Positions 1 to 13,129 of a stretch of DNA of 64,000 bases are shown here, in pieces (positions within the stretch are counted from its first letter, which is position 1; each line of letters starts with the position of its first letter). The translations under genes were made by a program, and so were the position numbers. The notes under the pieces were generated by a model that saw only the letters and a program-made list of their open reading frames with translations, searched no databases and was not told the DNA's origin. This stretch comes from Hypanus sabinus. Lineage: Eukaryota. Where the stretch lies: contig NC_082710.1 of NCBI RefSeq assembly GCF_030144855.1, positions 151,466,001 to 151,530,000 on the forward strand. The letters run 5' to 3'.

Positions 1-1654
1 TCATCCATGTCATTTATAAAATTCATTAAGTGGAGGGTCCCAGAACTGGTCCTTGTAAAACACCATTGATCACTGACTTCAATGCAGAGTATGATCCAAA
101 TACTACCACCTTCTTCTGCCTGTGAGCAAGCCAGCTCTGATCCACACAGTCAAGTTTCCCTGGATCCCATGCCTCCTGGGAAGTTTATAAAACAATGAGC
201 AGCATAGATTCATTACACAGCCAGAACCTTTTTCCCAGGATTAAAATTTGAGAAGCTATTTAAACAAGTGGAGAACTGGATGTGAAAGCTCCCATATCAA
301 ACCACAGATTGGTCAGTTCTGCTTCCAGTTTTGTTTTGTTCTGATGTTATTTTCGTTGGCTCACATTTCCTTATGATGCAGAATGACTTTGTTTATTCTA
401 TTTATTTAATTGCACGGATGATCATTAATCCTCTTGTTTAGCTCTTTAAATAATCTCTTAACATATCTGTGAGTCAGAATTCCCCATGCAGTCAGCTGTG
501 CTCACAAATACTTTTGAACAAGGCCACCATAGTTCCTTCCATAGCTTCTCACAAGGTGTTAGGAGGCACTTAGTCAAGCCTTGAGGACTTAAAGTGTTTC
601 AAAGCACCTAATACATCACTTTGGTTGTTTGGTGATTGTCTATTGTCAAGAAATTACATTTTATTTGCTTCTTCCATGAACATACTTAATATTTTTGCCT
701 CCACCACTTTCTGTGGGAGAGTACTGCCTCTTATAAATGTCCTTGATGGTGATCATGATGGAGCTGACTACTCTATGACCCTCTGCAGCATCTTTGAAAC
801 TGGTGCAATGGAGCCTCCATACCAGGGTGTAATGCAGCCAGTCAGAATGCTTTCCAACATACATCAAAATAAATTTGCAAGCGACGTTGGTGACAGAGCA
901 ATTCTCAAACTGCTAATGAAGTAGAACTACAATGTATTGGACAGAGGACAGATCTGCTGAAATTTGACACCTAGAAACTTGATGCTGCTCTTCCTTTCAT
1001 CCACTGAACCATCAATGATGGCTGGTGCATGTTCTCCTGACATACCCTTTCCAAGTATCAGTCAATTTATTGTTCCTTCTGATGATGAGTGCAAAGTTGT
1101 TGTTAATACCGCAGTCCGATACAACACAGTATTGCCAACTGAGGTTCAGAGGCCCAGGTTTAAAGCTTGTTGATTAGTACTGAAGGTACTTAATATTGTG
1201 GAACACTGAACAGTAATTGGTCAGCAGCAGCCTGTCATATTTTTTGATGTTATCTTGGTGCTCCAAAGCAGAGTGAAGTGGCAGTGAGAATTTAGCTGTT
1301 GAGAGCTATTGTGGCAGTCGGCAAAATGTAGCACATCCAGGTCACTGCTAAAATAGGAGTTATTTCTAGCAAAAGATTATTTCACAAAGCATTTCATCAC
1401 ATTGGATATGAGTACAGCCAAGCAATAATGATTCAGGCAGCACACCTTGTTCTTCTGGGGCATCGGTATGATTGCTGGCCTTTTGGAGCAGTGAAAGGTT
1501 ATTGAAGATGTACTTGAGAACTCCATCCATTTGGTCATGACTGGTTTTTAGTAGTCAGTCAGAGGCTTAGATAGGGCCGTTTGGAGTTTCACCCTTTAGA
1601 AGAATGGATATTCTTACATTGGAATCCTAATAGGGTCATGGGATGATATGGGGA

Positions 1655-2945
1655 TTTATAAGATCATAAGATGTAGGAGAAAATTAGGCCAGTTGGCTCA
1701 TCGAGTCTGCTGTCCTATTCCATCATGGTTGATCTATTTTGCCGCTTAACTCAGCCCCAATTTCCTGCCTTCCCCCCATATCTCTTCATGCTCTAGCCAA
1801 TCAAGAATCTAACCTCCACCAGATTCACCACTCTCTGGCTTAGGAAATTCCTCCTTATTTCCATTCTAAAAGGATGACACTCTATTCTGAGGCTGAATAC
1901 TCTTATCTTAGACAGTGCCACCATAATAAACATCCTCTCCCCATCCATTCTATCAAGGCCTTTCACCATTCCCCAATAGTTTTCTATTTGGTCTCGCTTC
2001 ATTCTTCTGAATTTCACTGAATACAGACATAGAGCAATGAAACACTCTTCATAAGACAAGCCATGTAATCCAGGAATCATGTTTGTGAATTTCCATTGAA
2101 TCCTCTCCAGTTTCAGCACATCCTTTCTAAGATAAGGAGCCCAAAACTGCTCACAGTAATCTAAGTGAGGCCTCGACAGTTTTTATACAGTCTCAAAATT
2201 ACATCCTTGCTTTTATATGAAATGAATGCTAACATTACAATTGCCTTCCTCACCACAGTATCAACCTGCAAATTAATCTTTAGGGAATCCTGCACAAGGA
2301 CTGTCAAATCACTTTGTGCCTCAGATTTCTGTACTTTCTCTCCACTTATAAAATGGGTAACCTTTTAATTTCCTCAACCAAAGTGTATTACCATGCATTT
2401 CCTGACACTGTATTCCATCTGCCACTTCTTTGCCAACTCTCCCAATCTGTCTTTCTGTAGCTTTTCTATTTCCTCAAAATTACCTGGCCCTCCACCTATT
2501 TTCAAATTGTCTGAGAACTTTACAACAAAGCCATTGTCCAAATCATTGACATTTAACATAAAAAGGGACAGTTCCAACAGACCCCTGAGGACCACCTTTT
2601 GTCACCAGCTTCCAACCAGAAATGACTCTGGTTTATTCCCACACTTCACATCCTGTCAACCAGCCAATTGCTTTATCTATGCTAGAATTTTCCAGTAATA
2701 CCATGGGCTCATAACTTGTTAAGCAGCTTCCTATAGGGCACCTTCTCAAAGTCCTTCTGAAAATCCAAGGATACAACGTCATGCATTTCTCCTTTGTCTA
2801 TCGTACTTGTCATTTTTTCAAAGAATTCCAGCAGATCTTTCAGGCAAGGTTTTCCCTTGAAGAAACTATGTTGACTATGTCCTGCTTTATCATTAGCCTC
2901 CAAGTATCCCAAAGCAACAGCCTCAACAATCAACCCCAAAATCTA
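1655..2945 (-). mobile_element. CR1-clade LINE 3' fragment
   Basis: DVVSLDFQKDFEKVPY, KFSDNLKIGG, LERIQWKFTNMIPGL, 3' tail. Confidence 0.92.
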
Positions 2946-4139
2946 ATGTGGTCTGGGATACGTAAAGAATATTTCTTTACAGTAAGGCCACCGTTTGTTT
3001 GATTTTCCTTGCAAAAATGCTGTGCTTGATACCAGGTTTCCTGAATTTGTCTGCAATCCATATCAGGCTGTTGGACAATTAGCCTTCTTTTTCTTTAACT
3101 GAATGTTCAGGAGTGTGTGTAGGGTGTGTATTATCTCTTGTTAATGAATAATAGCTTTCCCACATTCCAAGTGAAAGTTTAAAAGACTTTAGGTCAATAA
3201 TGTAAGAAGTATTACGAGCTCTTTACAACCGATATCCTCGATATTATTTTTATTTTGATTAGTTTTTTGTTTATAGTTTGTCTTTGCCTGTTATGTATAA
3301 CTTTTCATAAAATTCTATTGTCTTTCTTTTAACCTGTAAATGATTCTCAAGGAAGCATATGCTAACATGTATGTACTTTGATACTAAGATTACTTTGAAC
3401 TTTGAATTTACCATGGATATGAACACTCCTTGAAGCTAAAACAGAGCAAGAATTCAGTGCACTTTTATCAGGACAAAGCAATTTTTAAAAACCTGCATCA
3501 TTGCAGACTCCATCATAATGTAATTGAAAACATTTTAAAAGCAACTTACAGCTTAATGAAACAAATATGGCATGAACAAATATTGATAGAAAATAAATAG
3601 GTTCATACATGATAAATACTGATTAAAGCAAATTAGTTGGTTAATTCTGAATGGGGGTGGGAATCAGTTGTATCAGTAACCTATTAACTGCATTCAAGAT
3701 ATCAACAATCAAGTTAATATGTGTCTTATTATCAAGTTATTACATATTATAGTCATTGCACATCACTACAGTCCTTTTAGACCAGTCTTCTCATCTGTTA
3801 AAGGATCATGCCATTCATTGCACTCCTGTTCCGTAGTGCCTGGGCATATGTATTTCAATGTTCAAGCTACATTATTAATACAAATTTGCTCTTCCTCACA
3901 TTAAAATGAGGAGTATGTTATCTGAGAACAAAGGTAAAATTGTTCTACAAATGTAGGTAGCCATCAACAGCAGGGTTTACAGTTGCGAAACTCATCAATT
4001 CAAATAAAAGCAGAAAATGTAGGAAATACTCAGCTAGTCAGGCTACCTCAGGAGAAAGAGAAAAAGAGCAAATATTTCAGGATGATAGTCATTTCATAAG
4101 GGCCACTCAAACAGAAATGTTAGCTTTGTTTCTGCTAAT

Positions 4140-4960
4140 TAACTCTGTTGACAATACTACATTGATTGGCCTTATCTCAAATAAGAACAAAGCAGCCTAC
4201 AGAGAAGGAGTCATCACCCTGACATGGGGGTGTCAAGAAAACAGTCTCTCCCTTAATGTTTCAAAAACAAAGGAGCTGGTTGTGAACTACAGAAAAAAAT
4301 TAAGACTGGCTAACACCTATTGTCATCAATGGATCTGGGGTTGAGAGGGCGAACAGCTTTAAGCTCCTTGGCATACACATCACTGAGGATCTCAATGGTC
4401 TGTGTGGCTGTGTGGTGAAAAAAAGCACAATAGTTCCTCTTCCACCTTAGATAGTTGAATGGTTGAAGAAGATTGGCATGAGTCCTAATGACTATTACAG
4501 GGGCACAATTGAGAGCACCCTTACTGGTTGCATCACTGCCTGGTACGGGAACTCTGCAGAGTGTGGTGCCGGCAGCCCAGCACATCTGTTGACGTGAACT
4601 TAGCACATTTCAAGACATTTAGAGACAGGTGCGTAAAAGGGGCCCGAAGTATTTTCGGGGACCTGTGTCACCCCAACCACAAACTGTTCTAGCTGCTACC
4701 ATCTGGGAAAAGATACTACAGCATTAAAGCCAGGACTAACAGGCTCCAGGACAGCTTCTTCAACCAGGCCATCAGACTGATTAATTCACACTCATACAGT
4801 TGTATTTTTATGCTATATTAACTGTCCGATTGTACATACTATTCATTATAAATTACTATAAATTGCACATTGCACATTTAGATGAAGACATAACTTAAAG
4901 ATTTTTACTCATGTATTTGAAGGATGTAAGAAATAAAGGCAATCCAATTCAATTCAATTC
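4140..4960 (+). mobile_element. Rex1/Babar-like LINE 3' fragment
   Basis: DNTTLIGLI...SLNVSKTKELVVNYR, IESTLTGCITAWYG, (caatt)n tail. Related fragments at 690-1200 (-), 17570-17930, 22310-22700 (+), 24390-24820 (+), 36090-36345 (-). Confidence 0.85.
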
Positions 4961-4985
4961 TTCCTTCAGAGGTTGTCTGATCCAC

Positions 4986-5490
4986 TGAATTAGGGAAAAT
5001 AACTTGCTAAGGAAACTCACTTAAAATTGATCACAAGTAAATGAGACATGGACTTTGAAGTAAAGAGAGCTTTATTCATGATATCATGGGTGCAGAGAGG
5101 GTTTTGAACTCAAAAAATGCAGAGAACACAGCTTTTTTTATACATGTACAAACTAATTGGAAAAGCAAAGGCTGTTTGATTATCCTTGTGAATTACAACA
5201 AAATAAGCTAGGTTCACATGCAGCTCTCTTATGATAAGCTATACCCATGGCAACAGCCAAAAATTAAAAGGTTAGAATTGCATACAATTTTGTATTAATA
5301 GTTTGTCTCATATCCCTAACACTAATTGTTACAAGATAAGCAACTGCAAGTATTTATTCTAAGAATTGTCTCTGTTAAAAGCCAAGGCCATATCTAAAAC
5401 AAACAAAGCTGCAACTGGTTTCCATACTCAAAGAGCCAATATTAAGCCCTTGTCAATCAAAAACTTTAACTCACAATATTTTCCTCCACA
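4986..5490 (-). mobile_element. ERV 3' LTR
   Basis: Minus strand: polypurine tract AAAATTGAGGGGAC then TG at 5490, TATAAAA near 5140, AATAAA at 5071-5076, ending ...ccctaattCA at about 4986 (edge uncertain by a few bp). Confidence 0.72.
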
Positions 5491-5649
5491 GTCCCCTCAA
5501 TTTTGATCTCAAGGTCAACCACAAATATCAAAGTTTGCAAATGAGGCCTTATAACCCAGTGTTAAGGGTATAATTTTTAAACATTCCTCTTCATTATACT
5601 CTAGGTCATGAATGTGTTAACCCATAGAGATGGGGAGATTCATTAAACA

Positions 5650-5985
5650 GGAGAGGGTTGCACATATGAATTGAGTGGCAAAACGCACTCTATTACTATA
5701 ATGATAATAATTTCATAATGTACTAATGTTCCCCACCAATGATCAAAGCTGTTCCCAAAGGGCCCCCAGCCCCCAGGAGGGTTTTAACTATGGAAATATT
5801 CTCTAATATTACATATCTGTTTTACACTTCTCTGGATATTGTGAGCCAAATGGGTAATATTTTCAGTTTCTTTGGGAATATAGGTACAACATTCCTGGCC
5901 TATAATGGCACACATTCTAAGATCTAAGACCATCCTGTTTTGCTGGGCCACATTTTGAATGGCTACTATTTCAGCAGTTAAGCCT
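5650..5985 (-). pseudogene. env: ERV env TM-subunit remnant (gamma-type)
   Basis: LTAEIVAIQNVAQQNRMVLDL (immunosuppressive-domain-like), CAIIGQECC (CX6CC), then WW and a hydrophobic anchor; one in-frame stop and a deletion after the ISD. Confidence 0.85.
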
Positions 5986-6176
5986 AATTATTATAATCAC
6001 AGACAAGTCTAGATGGAAAAGCAATAAGGCAAAAAAGTCCATATATTGTTAACCATTTCATTTTCCTTTAGTTTTCCTTCTTTTCCAGTACACTATCAGA
6101 CTCCAGAAAAGAGGGCTGAAACAGTTCACAGTTGATTCTGTGCTCCCATTTGGTTTTGCCTTGTACCTCGACCACA

Positions 6177-8010
6177 TTATGAGTTGTTAGCAGCATTTGA
6201 TAGTGTTCCTTCCACCAAGAAAAGAAAGAGAGTCTTTTCCATTGAATACATTCCTACATAGTCATCTGGCTTAAATGGATGTGTATAATATGCGTCTAGA
6301 ATCGAGGGGATAGATCTTACTATCAATATTTCAGAATGGGTCAATTTGGTGCTCCAGTTAATGTATTTCTTAAGGTACACAGAACAATTGGTAGTGCCTC
6401 ACGCCATAATCAATCACAACTCTTCGCATAATTTGGCCAGAGTGTCTTTAAGTACTCATTCATCCTTTCCACTAATCCTGATGGTCATTGTTAGTGGGAT
6501 AAATGCCACTCCCAGGAAAATTGCAGGAATTGCGCCCGAGCTTTAATTAATTTCCCCATAAAATATGTTCCTCTATCACTGTTAAACTTACAAGGAATTC
6601 CAAATCAGGCAATAATTTTCTTCATCATAAATTTAATTACTGTCCTAGTGTAATCTTTTCATGTGGGAAAGGCCTCTATCCATTTAGAAAATATGTCCAC
6701 TATGATGAACAGATTCTTATTTCACCCACTTGCTGGCATATGTACAAAGTCTATCTGCAGATTCATGGATAGTATAGATATCTACAGTTTTACTTTCTTA
6801 TAAGATGCGAGCTTTAGTGAGTACAAACAGCTCAGTGGCTTGCACTGATGCTCCTTAAGGAAGGGAATCCACTTCCAGTACCTCAGGAGGAGTCATCACA
6901 GCAAATCCAGACAGTGTCTCAAAATCATTAGACTTCCACAATGAATCATCAATAAAAAGCATCAGGTCTGGGTTTCCTAAAGGAGCTGAACTCAAATTGG
7001 GACTAGGGGCTTCTACAATTAACACACAATCATGTGGTGCAGTATCACTGTGAATAGGAACAAGCGTGGGTGGATTAAGGTCAGGTGCTCTATTCAAATC
7101 AAATTTGGTTTTGAAAATATCTGATCTCATACCCTGTTTGCCTTACTGTTGTATTGTGTAGCAGCTGAATTGAGAAGTAGCATTATGTGTGAGGAGTCAA
7201 TGCTATGCAGGAATGGTCTAACATTATAGGTACTGCCTTTTCAACAATCACTGCAGTTGCCGCAACAGCTCATAGGCAGCCAGGCAGACAACACATCACG
7301 GGTGGTGATTGAGTAGAGTAATATGCCATCGGTCTTTTCAAGTCACTATGATCCTGAGTATTGTGCTCTCAAATCTCTCCTTTTCATTCACCTATAACTG
7401 AAAAGATTTAGGCTAGTCAGGAACGACCAAGGGTGTGCATGGAGAAGTTGCATCTTCAGAGCCACATATGTCTTTTCCACTTCTGGGTTCCATTGGATCT
7501 GAAGAACATAATGCAAATAGGTGACAGTTGTGACTTAGATAATGAGGCTTGATGTCCATTGGAGTTTAACAGTGTCTTTCTGGCAACCATTCAGTGTCTT
7601 GGAAGCTAGCAGCAGATTATCAACATATTATAAAATTACAGAAGTGCCTGGCAACAGTAATACATTCAAGTCGTCTCTTACAGCAGCTGCATATACTGCT
7701 GGACTCTCAGTATAGCCCTGAGGTAACCTCATCCAGGTATATTGTTGCCCATTATACATAAAGGCAAACATCTTCTGACAGTCCTCATGCAGAGGGATTG
7801 AGAATAATTTGGAGCAGAGTTCAATCACTGGGTACCATCGAGATTCAGATGGTATAGAGATCAACTGACATTTGTGTCCAGTAAAAAACAGAAGAATGGA
7901 ATGCACTATCTGGTTGACAGCCCGCAAATTTTGCCCAAACTGCCATTCATCTGGCCTGCCCAATTTGAGATTGGCAATGCCCACAAAGAGGAGTCCACTT
8001 CCCAAAGGGT
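6177..8010 (-). pseudogene. pol: ERV pol remnant: RT, connection, RNase H, integrase; multiple deletions
   Basis: RT: LRAVN, FSIPLHEDCQ, YTWMRLPQGYTESP, *YVDNLLLAS. Connection: WNPEVEK. RNase H: NPDLMLFIDDS. Integrase: LQIDFVHMP, VDIFSKWIEAFPT, FGIP..NSDRGTYF, SGLVERMN (D, D and E present); C-terminal HPFKPDDYV. Gamma/epsilon-like (class I) signature. Confidence 0.93.
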
Positions 8011-8229
8011 CTCAGCCCAAAATGTCAACTGCACTCTTTTCTATAGATACTGCCTGGCCTGTTGAGTTCCTCCGGTATTTTGTGTGTGTTACATGAGGCA
8101 TAGTGCAGTCTCCTTCTTGGAAGTAATTTATCTGAAAAGGATATAGTTGTATTTTGGCAGCTATCCCTTCATGGCTAAAAAAATATTTGGTTCTTAAAGC
8201 ACACACTCTGTCATGAGCTTCAGCTTTTT

Positions 8230-9400
8230 CTTATATCCATTTTCAATTTGAATGAGTGTGTTACTTCAGATTGCCAATAATTTAAAAAGGTTTGCATCAT
8301 TACATTGTATTCCCGGAACATTTTCCCACATAGCTTTAAAGTGAGAAATGAAATCTATTGCAGGCTCAATTTTTCTGTTGGTATCTGATGACCTCCACAA
8401 CATTTTCATGATTTCTAGCCCCTGCCAGGACTGTCTCTTTGGCCTGTTGTAACTACATCAGCATACTGGTGTTGTCTTCAGCTCCATCTGCATTCATGAC
8501 CCAATCATCATTTGTCCCCTAGAATACAGCAAATTGTTCTTTGAAGGTGGACCGGGATCTGCCATAGGCAACCCGCTGCAGACATCTGGGTAAAGGGTTA
8601 CAAATTTGACAAGTTTGTATTAACTAATTGTGGAAAACAATGGGTTTTCTAATAGGGTTAATGTGTCACTAATCATACTCCTAGCCTCTGTAGGGATCCA
8701 GAGCTTGAGGATCAGCATTTCTCCTACCATTATTCCAGGTACCTGCATATGGATTGTACTATCAGTTAGCTCACTTTGCCAATAGTTATCACTAGGTCCT
8801 GCTATCTACTCTATAGACTGTTCTCTCCTGGTCTGCAACTGCATTTGCATCCCTAAATCCTGTGGAACGTCCATAGATGGTGACTGTTCTTGTTCCATAG
8901 GAACAGAATGACTCCATATGCTTGAGACATCTTATGGGGAAACCTGTTCATGTTAAGGAGTTGGGTTCTCAGAATAGGACTGAGACAATCGTATTCGTTG
9001 TTGTAGCTGCTGAGCCCTATGTTCTGTGGCAGCTGTGCTAAACAATGCTATTTCCATAACAGGATCTTTTGGCAGCCCATTATTCAGAAATTTAGGATAG
9101 AGTGTGGTAGTGTGGCAGGCTGTGGAGGGTCTACTTCGATTTTTGCATTTTAGCCAGGTCCATCTTAGGTTTTGGTTTCAGTGTCTGCAACCTTTTGGCC
9201 TCTTCTTCCCATTTATTGAAACACCATATCGTGTATCCCAAATCCCAATTTGGATCTTTATCTGCTCCTTTGGTCTCACCTCTCCAGTAATGGATTTTCT
9301 TCAAATCAAAGAGACTCCATAGGGAAAGTCTTCTTGACTCCATCCATATAAATCACTAGAAGCGTAATCACATACCTGCTATCTCGGTTCCAGCCATACC
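8230..9400 (-). pseudogene. gag: ERV gag remnant
   Basis: MA-like WSQEDFPYG/SLFDLKKI...WCFNKWEEEAKR (frameshifted). CA-like VIRYQQKIEPAIDFISHFKAMWENVPG. Protease and 5' LTR not found. Confidence 0.62.
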
Positions 9401-9819
9401 CTGTCTGTTGGGGAGCCTGACAGGCTCATTACGGGCTCACCCAGAAGTCGCTTGTTCTTCTTATACTTCATCTTTTTTCTTAGTATTTGTTCATTGGAGC
9501 CTTTGTCAATGGATCAGCCAGCCTCGAGGCTGCATCTCTTCTTTTCAGCATATCACCAATGGCATGTACACATTTTACTTTCATTCCTACCCACTCCTTA
9601 CCTGTTAGTTTTAGGTCAAAATGTAATCAAATTCTGTTAGTTTTCAATCACAACAATATTTCCTTACGCATGTCTGGCCAGAATTTATTTCAGAAATTGA
9701 AGTTCCTATTGTCCATTAATTTGACCATTTATTGGACTCCCTGTGGACCTCAGACCCTGTCTTCTATTTACCATTTTCTCCCTCTCCAGGAGCTCAGGGA
9801 TGTTCACTGGCTGGGTCAA

Positions 9820-12815
9820 GGAGACTAATGATAAAATAAGTCAAAGTCAGCATGGTTTCTGTAAAGGGAAATCTTTCCTGATAAACCGGTTAATGCTCCG
9901 AGGAATTAACAAGCAGGGTGAACAAAAGTCAGAGAGTCAATGTCATTTACTTGGATTTTCAAAAGGCACTTGCTGAGGTGCCACACACAAGGCTGTGTAA
10001 CAAGATAAAATTCTATGGTTTTACAGGAAAAACACCGGCATGGATAGTGCCAGGCAGGAAGCAGCAAGTAGGAATAAAAGGGTTGTTCTCTGGTTTGCTG
10101 CTGATGATCAGTGTTTCTCAGGGGTCAGTACTGGGACTGCTGCTTTTCACATTGTATCTCAATGATTTAGATAACAGAATTAATAGCTTTGTATCAAAGT
10201 TTGCAGATGATACAAAGTTAAGGGTAGTTAGTGCTGAGGACACAATGCAATAGCAGCAGCACGTCTTAGACAAATTGGAAGAATAGGCAAAAAAATGGCA
10301 GATGGAATACAGGGTTGGGAAATGTATGATAATACATTTTGGTAAGAAGAATGGTATTGCAGATTATTATCTAAATGATGGGAAGGTTCAAACTTCAGAT
10401 GTGCAGAGGGACTTATGAATCCTCATGCAGGATCCAGATGGATCCAGATCCAGATTAATCCAGATGGTTAATTTACAGGTTGAGTCTATGGAAAAGAAGG
10501 CAAGTTCAATGTTGGCATTAACATCAAGGGGAACAGAACATAAAAGCAAGGAGATAATGCTGAGCCAGAGGAGGATCAATAGGGTGATTACGGGAGTGAA
10601 GGAGTTAACATATGAGGAGTGTTTGGCAGCTTTGGGACTGTACTCAATGGAATTCAGAAGAATGAGGTGGATCTTATTGAAAGCTACCAAATACTGAAAA
10701 GACTAAATGGAGTGGATGTGGAGAGGATGTCTTCTATGGTGGAAATATCCAGAACTAGAAGGCATAGCCTCAAAATTGAGGGGTAAACCTTTAGAACAGA
10801 GGTAGCAGGAATTTTCTAGCCAGAGAGTAGTAAATCTGTGGAATGCTCTGCTACAAGCTGCAGTGGAGGCCAGGTCCGTGTGTGCATTTAAGGTGGAAGT
10901 TGCTCATATCCTGATCAGGTTAGGGCAGGGGTCAGCAACCTTTACCACTGAAAGAGCCACTTGGACCCGTTTCCCACAGAAAAGAAAACACTGGGAGCCG
11001 CAAAACCCGTTTGACATTTAAAATGAAATAACACTGCATTCAACGTTTTTTTTTGCCTTTATGCTATGTATAAACAAACTATAATGTGTTGCATTTATGA
11101 AATTGATGAACTCCTGCACAGAAAACGAAATTACATTTCTGCATGCAACAAAAACATTTTGAACTCCGAAAAAAAGACGTTGGGTTGAAAGTTACTTTTA
11201 AGTAAAATACTCAATGTCTATTTGAGTCCTTCTTGTATTTATGAAAAACGCCGAACTTAAATTTTCCGCCAGCAGCAAACCAAAAATAACATCAGCCAGC
11301 TGTCAGCCTGAAAAATAAAAGGACTATTTCACTGAACAATGAAAAAATATGAATATACATAAAATAATAGGCAATTAAAATATTTATCATACTTGGTTAA
11401 TGGGATTTCTGCTCCTGGACCTCAGCGCACAGCGTCTGCACATCAGGGCTGTATGACGTCACCTTCATCTTTACACAGGATCGCAAGCTGTCATCTGTGA
11501 GGCGTGCGCGATGTTTGTTTTTAATAAAGTTCATGTTGGAGAACACCTGCTCACTTACATATGTGGATCCAAAGATCGACAGGACTCAAAGCGCATACTT
11601 TTTAATGTTTACATAAATGTCGGGCATAGCATTCCATGTTTCGAACACAAGTTTGTCCGGTTTTGGAAGGTTTTCAATATCACTCCATTTGTGTTTCTGA
11701 GCAAGAACGGCCTTCTGACGGGCAACATCTTCAAGGTCTGCTGTCAAGCGTCTAAACTTGGACACCCATATGTCTTTGTCGGCTATGTCGGCCAGTTCCA
11801 TCTCAAGATCAGGTTGACTCACACCTGCCAATGCAGTCATATTCAGTAGGGAAGGATCGATGCTTAAGGGAGTGACCGGGAAGGATAATGTGTTTTTTTC
11901 CTCTCTGAACTCACAGAAGCGTTTCCCAAACGATGTTTGCATTGCGATGATTGCAGAATGTAAATACTCCGAAATTATCATGTCGTGACCTTGTTTGAAC
12001 TCTCTCAAATTGGGGAAGTGAGACAAAGTGCCTTTCTGTAAATCTCTGGCAAGCAACGTCAACTTGCGCTCGAATGCCAAAACATCCTCCAACATGTGCA
12101 GGGCTGTACGTCCTTACCCCGTTGAAGAGCTGTGTTCAGCGTGTTCAGGTGCGCTGTCATGTCTACCATGAAGTGTAGCTTTTCCAGCCACTCTGGCTGT
12201 TCCAGCTCAGGAAAGGTGAGCCCTTTGCTGCCCAGGAAAGTTTTCACTTCTTCCAGACACGCGACAAAGCGTTTCAGCACCTTCCGTCTGGACAGCCAGC
12301 GATAAAAACACGTTGTAGCGGTGTCAGTAAACTGCAGTCAAAGATAGCTTTATTCGAACTAAACAGCCTTGCTTTTAAGCCTCCCTCAACCCAGCCCCCA
12401 TGGACGCAGATGCTGCAAAAGACGCGTACTCACAAACCCCCGTAGGCTATCTCCCTTAGCCGGAATGCTGGCTAATTGTGAGCCGTTTCGGATGTGTCAG
12501 GAAATGTGTCGCCACACTTAGATTGTACAAGATCACCATAATCTTCAAATTTAGAATTACATTTCAAAAGCTAACAAACTAACATAAAATACATTTTAAT
12601 TAAATACTGACCAATTATTTCCCAAAGCCACAGGGAGCCGCAGCACAGAGGTGAAAGAGCCACAAATGGCTCGGGAGCCGCAGGTTGCCGACCCCCGGGT
12701 TAGGGCATCAAAGGGTATTGTGAGAAGGCATCAGCCATGATCAGCCATGATGGAATGGCAGAGAAGACTTGATGGGCTGAATGGCCTAATTATGCTGCTA
12801 TATCTTATGGTCTTA
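9820..12815 (+). mobile_element. CR1-clade LINE 3' fragment split by the hAT insertion (9820-10925 and 12698-12815)
   Basis: IYLDFQKALAEVPH, VSQGSVLGLLLF, KFADDTK; the 3' UTR resumes after the hAT TSD. Confidence 0.92.
10926..12697 (-). mobile_element. hAT (Buster/Charlie-type) DNA transposon, internal-deletion derivative
   Basis: TIRs caggggtcagcaacct / aggttgccgacccccg. 8-bp TSD GGTTAGGG (10918-10925, 12698-12705) with central TA. Subterminal gagccgc/gagccac repeats. Transposase C-terminal half 11397-12301 from RWLS to FGSTYVSEQVFS with one frameshift and one stop. Inserted in a CR1 3' region. Confidence 0.96.
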
Positions 12816-13129
12816 AATTCTGGGGACTGGAACTCATCAATTCAAATAAAAACAGAAAATGCTGGAAATGCTCAGGAAGTCAGGCTACCTCAGGAAAAAG
12901 AGAAATGAAAAAAATCAGGGTGAAGTTCTTTCCTAAGTGCTACTCAAACTGAAACATTAGCTTTGTAACACTTCCTACTGATGTCTGACCCACTGAGTGC
13001 TTACAGCAGATTCTATTTTTATTTTAGATTACCAGGTTTGGAGATTACTTGAGTTATGGAACTATTTGGATAGCAGGCATTAATAAAGAGCAATCTTCAA
13101 AGAAATCTAAATATGAATTTCAAGAAAAT

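Noticed and set aside
10428-10467. Four copies of atccagat
   Set aside because: Local slippage inside a dead CR1; not a spacer-repeat array.
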